Positions 51,071-52,369 of a stretch of 52,369 nucleotides of DNA are shown here, piece after piece; positions within the stretch are counted from its first letter, which is position 1, and the number at the start of each line of letters is the position of its first letter. The notes beneath the pieces are model-generated. The model was not told where the DNA came from, did not search any database, and saw only the letters and a program-made list of their open reading frames with translations. The translations under genes and the position numbers were made by a program. Location of the stretch: assembly GCA_046085905.1 (NCBI GenBank), contig JBJSWO010000042.1:1-52369 (forward strand), read 5' to 3'. The DNA comes from Actinomycetes bacterium. Lineage in GTDB: Bacteria > Actinomycetota > Actinomycetes > S36-B12.

Positions 51071-51616
51071 ATGCAGGTGACCTGGACCGAACTGGCCGTT
51101 CCCGGGCTGCTGCTGTCGGGCGGTGCATCCGTAGTCGATCAACGCGGGGCATTCACCAAGGTGCTCTCGGGTGATGATCCGGTTCTCGGGAGTTTCGAAG
51201 GCAACGAACTCTACTGGACTCGCTCTGCGGCCGGAGTCGTGCGCGGCCTTCACTTTCAGTTGCCACCTGAGGCGACTCGCAAGCTGGTCTACGTGGTTAA
51301 CGGGGCCATTCGCGATTTCATCGTCGATCTCCGGGTCGGCAGCCCGACGGAACGGCAGCTCTTCGAGATCGAGCTGAATCCGTCAGTCGGCGGCCTGCTC
51401 GTTCCTGTGGGATGCGCACATGCCTATGAGGCGCTGGAAGACGACACCATCGTCTGCTACGCGCAGGACATTCCGTTCGGTGATCCCGCAACCTATGCGG
51501 GGATCCTGTGCACGTCGGCAGGAATCGTGCCGCGGGCGGCCGCTCCGATCGTGATGCCGCGTGATCTCGAGTTCCCGGAACTCGCCGATTTCAAGTCGCC
51601 GTTCGTCTTCGGCTAG
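51071..51616 (+). CDS. RmlC-family cupin NDP-4-keto-6-deoxyhexose 3,5- (or 5-/3-) epimerase
   Basis: VVDQRGAFTKV, VVRGLHFQLPPEATRKLVYVVNGAIRDFIVDLRVGSPT, VPVGCAHAYE and IVCYAQD match the RmlC His/Lys/Tyr motif order. Located directly after rfbF. Confidence 0.8.
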   Translation: MQVTWTELAVPGLLLSGGASVVDQRGAFTKVLSGDDPVLGSFEGNELYWTRSAAGVVRGLHFQLPPEATRKLVYVVNGAIRDFIVDLRVGSPTERQLFEIELNPSVGGLLVPVGCAHAYEALEDDTIVCYAQDIPFGDPATYAGILCTSAGIVPRAAAPIVMPRDLEFPELADFKSPFVFG

Positions 51617-52369
51617 GGAGCGACGTTCGCGCGAAAGCGCCAGTCCTCCTGGGGCAGTGAGCCGCGCTTTGTCAGAACCTTGAGGTAGCCCAGGGCGACT
51701 TTCGCTGCCGCGCGCGACGACGGAATCGCGGCGCCGGGATGGTGCGCGACATAGTTGGCGAGCCAAGCGGCCATGTGACGATCATCCTTGCGAGCGACTT
51801 TGGCGTACTTCGTGCGATCTGAGACCTTGCACGTGTACGTAATGATCACCGGCTCCGTGAATTCCTGAACTACGAGGTTCCGGGGCGCGGCAGCCGTGGC
51901 CATCTCGATGCGCATGCCCCCAGGCTTCGCGATGGGGAACTGACGCAGTTGTTGGAAACTGCCGAGCTGGGTGATGCAACCGCTCATGTTGATGTAAGTG
52001 GGTTGCTCGAGCTGCTGGGCGATCCACTCGCCCACGGGCAGCCGCAGCGGGCCATTCAGCGGGAAGCTCGTCCACGATTCGACCTCGGTGTCACGCGGGC
52101 CGTCATAGAGACTGTCGGGCTCGTCGTATCGCATACCCCAGGGGCCGAGGTAGATCGTGCCGTGCTCTAGAGGCCAATTGCCGTGATCGTCGATGAGATT
52201 CGCGATGCCGCTCGGCTTGATCTCGTCGTCATGGGCGAACCAGTAGACCCAGTCATCAGCCTTCAGGCCGGTGGACTCAAGATAGTCGAGCCAGAAATAC
52301 TGGTGGGCCATCCAGGGCAGCTCGATGCCGGACTGGATGACCTCGATCTTCGTGTCGCCATGTGCTCGG
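51613..52369 (-). CDS. Hypothetical protein (putative glycosyltransferase-like), 5' end beyond window edge
   Basis: The frame stays open upstream of the listed Met 52311 to the window end (...RAHGDTKIEVIQSGIELPW-MAHQYFWLDY...). WFAHDDEIKP could be a DxD motif. The stop overlaps the convergent epimerase stop. Confidence 0.4.
   Translation of the reverse strand, partial: RAHGDTKIEVIQSGIELPWMAHQYFWLDYLESTGLKADDWVYWFAHDDEIKPSGIANLIDDHGNWPLEHGTIYLGPWGMRYDEPDSLYDGPRDTEVESWTSFPLNGPLRLPVGEWIAQQLEQPTYINMSGCITQLGSFQQLRQFPIAKPGGMRIEMATAAAPRNLVVQEFTEPVIITYTCKVSDRTKYAKVARKDDRHMAAWLANYVAHHPGAAIPSSRAAAKVALGYLKVLTKRGSLPQEDWRFRANVAP

Noticed and set aside
1-52369. Search by eye for CRISPR arrays, tRNA/rRNA, transposases/integrases, toxin-antitoxin pairs or phage-defence genes (nucleases, helicases, STAND NTPases, methylase-restriction pairs)
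   Set aside because: None was found. Every sizeable ORF is explained by glycan biosynthesis, export or membrane-transferase functions. The methyltransferases have small-molecule class I motifs, not DNA-MTase motifs. The novelty here therefore lies in glycan chemistry, not in a defence system.

Overview
High-GC (Actinomycetota-like) chromosomal window that is essentially one very large, gene-dense cell-envelope glycopolymer locus. I call about 46 protein-coding genes. By eye there is no rRNA, tRNA, CRISPR array, transposase or integrase. Intergenic spacers are mostly under 110 nt and many genes overlap at start or stop codons.

Recognisable content:
- Nucleotide-sugar pathways on at least four carriers: dTDP (rmlA, WecE-like aminotransferase), GDP (gmd plus a Gmd paralogue that looks like the reductase Rmd, giving GDP-D-rhamnose), UDP (UDP-xylose synthase, PseB-type UDP-GlcNAc 4,6-dehydratase) and CDP (rfbF, rfbG, RmlC-like epimerase), plus an SpsF-type cytidylyltransferase.
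- About 16 soluble GT-A/GT-B glycosyltransferases, including a 1212-aa methyltransferase/linker/GT4/GT4 fusion.
- Two polyprenyl-phosphate-sugar-synthase-type GT2s (PpgS-like with a DUF2304 partner; ArnC/GtrB-like).
- Eight polytopic membrane proteins that look like GT-C-type extracytoplasmic transferases.
- Six methyltransferase domains.
- One MsbA/PglK-type fused ABC exporter.

No priming phosphoglycosyltransferase, Wzx, recognisable Wzy, Wzz or Wzm/Wzt was recognised in the window.

Most interesting points:
1. An ~11.8-kb low-GC island (~30.65-42.45 kb). It carries an Arn/PpgS-like gene logic (dehydratase, aminotransferase, N-acetyltransferase, ArnC-like GT2, big membrane proteins). This could deliver a 4-acetamido-4,6-dideoxy sugar to the wall through a polyprenyl-phosphate carrier.
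2. A minus-strand four-gene tailoring operon of largely uncharacterised families (PhyH-type dioxygenase, DUF6492-like, methyltransferase, DUF4910 aminopeptidase-like).
3. The methyltransferase-GT-GT fusion, a candidate polymerase/terminator for a D-rhamnose-based chain.

All functional calls come from motif recognition in the supplied translations. No database search was run.
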